DNA of 32,000 nucleotides from Candidatus Saccharimonadota bacterium. GTDB taxonomy: Archaea > Nanobdellota > Nanobdellia > Pacearchaeales > GW2011-AR1. This document shows positions 30,903-32,000 of this stretch, piece by piece. A program made the translations under genes and the position numbers. Location: contig JAFCEL010000001.1 in the NCBI GenBank assembly GCA_017609205.1, positions 210,001 through 242,000 on the forward strand. Reading direction: 5' to 3'. Position 1 is the stretch's first letter, and each line of letters starts with the position of its first letter. The notes beneath the pieces are model-generated. The model had not been told where the DNA came from. It was given only the letters and a program-made list of their open reading frames with translations, and searched no databases.

Positions 30903-31040
30903 TTATTCTGCCTTTATTTTCTTGACTATTGTCCGTGGTTTGAAGAATATTTTACTACCACAATTTGGACAAACAAATCTTCTTTTCATGTCTTCACTTT
31001 TTATCTTTTTGTTGCACTTAAAACACTTATAGGTCGTCAT
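30903..31040 (-). CDS. rpoP: RNA polymerase subunit P (Rpo12/RpoP), 45 aa, not in the ORF track
   Basis: My translation is MTTYKCFKCNKKIKSEDMKRRFVCPNCGSKIFFKPRTIVKKIKAE. It has a CxxC...CxxC zinc ribbon. It sits between L37Ae and prefoldin beta, as in the conserved archaeal cluster. Confidence 0.85.
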   Translation of the reverse strand: MTTYKCFKCNKKIKSEDMKRRFVCPNCGSKIFFKPRTIVKKIKAE

Positions 31041-31041
31041 T

Positions 31042-31263
31042 TTATTTGTCTAAGTAATAGGTTCCTCCTGCAAATTTTTTTTCACACCTAGAGCATTTCC
31101 ATATCCCTTTTGACAATCTCTTGACTCCAACTTTGCTGCAAAAAGGGCATGTTTGTTTTTTTCGCTGTTTCTCTTCTACCTTTACAAGCTTATCTCTTAC
31201 TCTCTTTCCATATCTCGCCCCAAATCTTCCGGCTGATTTTGTTTTTTTGGATTTACTTGGCAT
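31042..31263 (-). CDS. rpl37ae: Ribosomal protein L37Ae (eL43)
   Basis: SAGRFGARYGKRVRDKLVKVEEKQRKKQTCPFCSKVGVKRLSKGIWKCSRCEKKFAGGTY. Confidence 0.93.
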   Translation of the reverse strand: MPSKSKKTKSAGRFGARYGKRVRDKLVKVEEKQRKKQTCPFCSKVGVKRLSKGIWKCSRCEKKFAGGTYYLDK

Positions 31264-31392
31264 TTAACACTCCTATTTCTTGATGCACTTTCTATTTAAC
31301 ATAAAGATACTTCTGCATAATATTCTCGACGGAGATTGTACAATCTTACATAATCTTTGTCTGAGTCCCATTATAATTTAACCATCAATAGG

Positions 31393-31401
31393 TTTATAAA
31401 A
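31393..31401 (+). promoter_or_regulatory. TATA box (tttataaaa) of the tRNA-Pro gene
   Basis: It is centred about 27 nt upstream of the mature tRNA 5' end at 31424. Confidence 0.55.
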
Positions 31402-31423
31402 TATTTGGGCAATTTAATATTGC

Positions 31424-31496
31424 GGGGATATGGGGTAGCCTGGTAGCCTTTCAGGTTTGGGACCTGACGACCCCGGTTCAAATCCGGGTATCCCCA
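31424..31496 (+). tRNA. tRNA-Pro (anticodon UGG), 73 nt, with no intron and no encoded CCA
   Basis: Hand-folded cloverleaf. The acceptor stem is GGGGATA/TATCCCC and the D-arm is GGGT-AGCCTGGTA-GCCT. The anticodon stem is TCAGG/CCTGA with loop TTTGGGA (anticodon TGG, G37). The variable region is 4 nt, the T-arm is CCCGG-TTCAAAT-CCGGG, and the discriminator is A. Confidence 0.9.
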
Positions 31497-32000
31497 TTAT
31501 TTTTTCTCCTGAGAAGAATCTTCTTTTTTCTCCTCAGTCTTCTTTGCCTCCAATTGTTTAGCAATCTTTTCTTGCTGTTTCTGAATTTTCTTAAAATAAT
31601 CTTCCAATTCCTTTTTCTTTTCTTCGGTCATCTCGGTTTTTTCTTCATTAATTTCTTTATCATATTTCCCTTCTTCTATCTCCTTTATAACCTCAACTGC
31701 GGGTTTATTTTCAATAAGAATTCCAAGACTAACGCAACTTCCTATGACAGTTTTAACCGCTGATTTTAGATTTTTACAAAGAAGATTTTGCATTTTTGTT
31801 TTTGCTATAGAAATTATTTGTTCAATTGAAGCATTTGCTACTTGTAAATCCTTTTGTAATCCCGAACCTTTCTCTATTCCTAATTCTTTTTTCAGCAACT
31901 CTGCAACAGGAGGAGAAAAAACCCTCACCTGAACCTCTTTTGTTCCAACATCAATATCAAGCTCAACAGGCACCTTCATCCCCTTAAAATCCTTTGTCGC
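31497..32000 (-). CDS. rpl11: Ribosomal protein uL11 with a Lys/Glu-rich C-terminal extension. The N-terminus lies beyond the window edge.
   Basis: The frame stays open to position 32000 (ATKDFKGMKVPVELDIDVGTKEVQVRVFSPPVAELLKKELGIEKGSG...). It is colinear with the archaeal L11 C-terminal domain. Confidence 0.9.
   Translation of the reverse strand, partial: ATKDFKGMKVPVELDIDVGTKEVQVRVFSPPVAELLKKELGIEKGSGLQKDLQVANASIEQIISIAKTKMQNLLCKNLKSAVKTVIGSCVSLGILIENKPAVEVIKEIEEGKYDKEINEEKTEMTEEKKKELEDYFKKIQKQQEKIAKQLEAKKTEEKKEDSSQEKK

Noticed and set aside
30163-31091. Track ORFs 30163-30405, 30630-30824, 30802-31032 and 30891-31091 (+)
   Set aside because: They are antisense to sepF, prefoldin beta and the 45-aa rpoP, all of which have recognisable family signatures on the minus strand.
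31554-31932. Track ORFs 31554-31763 and 31744-31932 (+)
   Set aside because: They are antisense to uL11.
1-32000. Search by eye for CRISPR arrays, rRNA, additional tRNAs, integrases/transposases, toxin-antitoxin pairs, inteins or frameshifted pseudogenes
   Set aside because: I found no regularly spaced direct repeats, no second T-loop (GTTCRAATC) match, and no recombinase or transposase motifs. No interrupted frames appear in the conserved genes. I cannot exclude small ncRNAs without covariance-model searches.

Overview
This is an AT-rich (by eye about two-thirds A+T), very gene-dense archaeal window. The gene content points to a small-genome DPANN-type archaeon (Pacearchaeota/Woesearchaeota-like); this is inference only, with no database search possible. 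Supporting genes are EndA, PCNA, a PriS fused to a PriL-like Fe-S domain, an L37Ae-RpoP-prefoldin-SepF block, uL11 and a Methanococcus-type S-layer protein. Most genes look leaderless, with a TATA box centred about 26 nt upstream of the ATG.

I call 36 protein genes and one tRNA-Pro(UGG). Three of the genes are absent from the supplied ORF track: an edge-truncated bacterial-type leuS, a 44-aa ribbon-helix-helix (RHH) gene and a 45-aa rpoP.

The stand-out region is 11891-21336 (+), a translationally coupled operon. It starts with the hidden RHH gene. A two-gene module follows and is tandemly duplicated: a ~256-aa protein with an archaeal class III (prepilin-like) signal peptide, then a Sec-secreted protein with more than 40 Cys. 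One copy of the Cys-rich protein is extended to 1267 aa by a Gly/Ala-rich glycine-zipper membrane region and four Ig-like repeats. Four more class-III-signal-peptide proteins complete the operon. No assembly ATPase, platform protein or prepilin peptidase lies in the window. I read it as a candidate uncharacterised surface appendage/adhesion system, analogous to minor pilins plus a tip adhesin.

A second accessory unit (26106-28914, -) couples a surface protein carrying a PSEF-TM-basic C-terminal sorting signal to a compact archaeosortase-like protein and a DedA protein. Two further surface proteins (6130-9452, -) share a juxtamembrane Cys-rich module and a conserved cytoplasmic tail end. I found no CRISPR array, rRNA, integrase or transposase.
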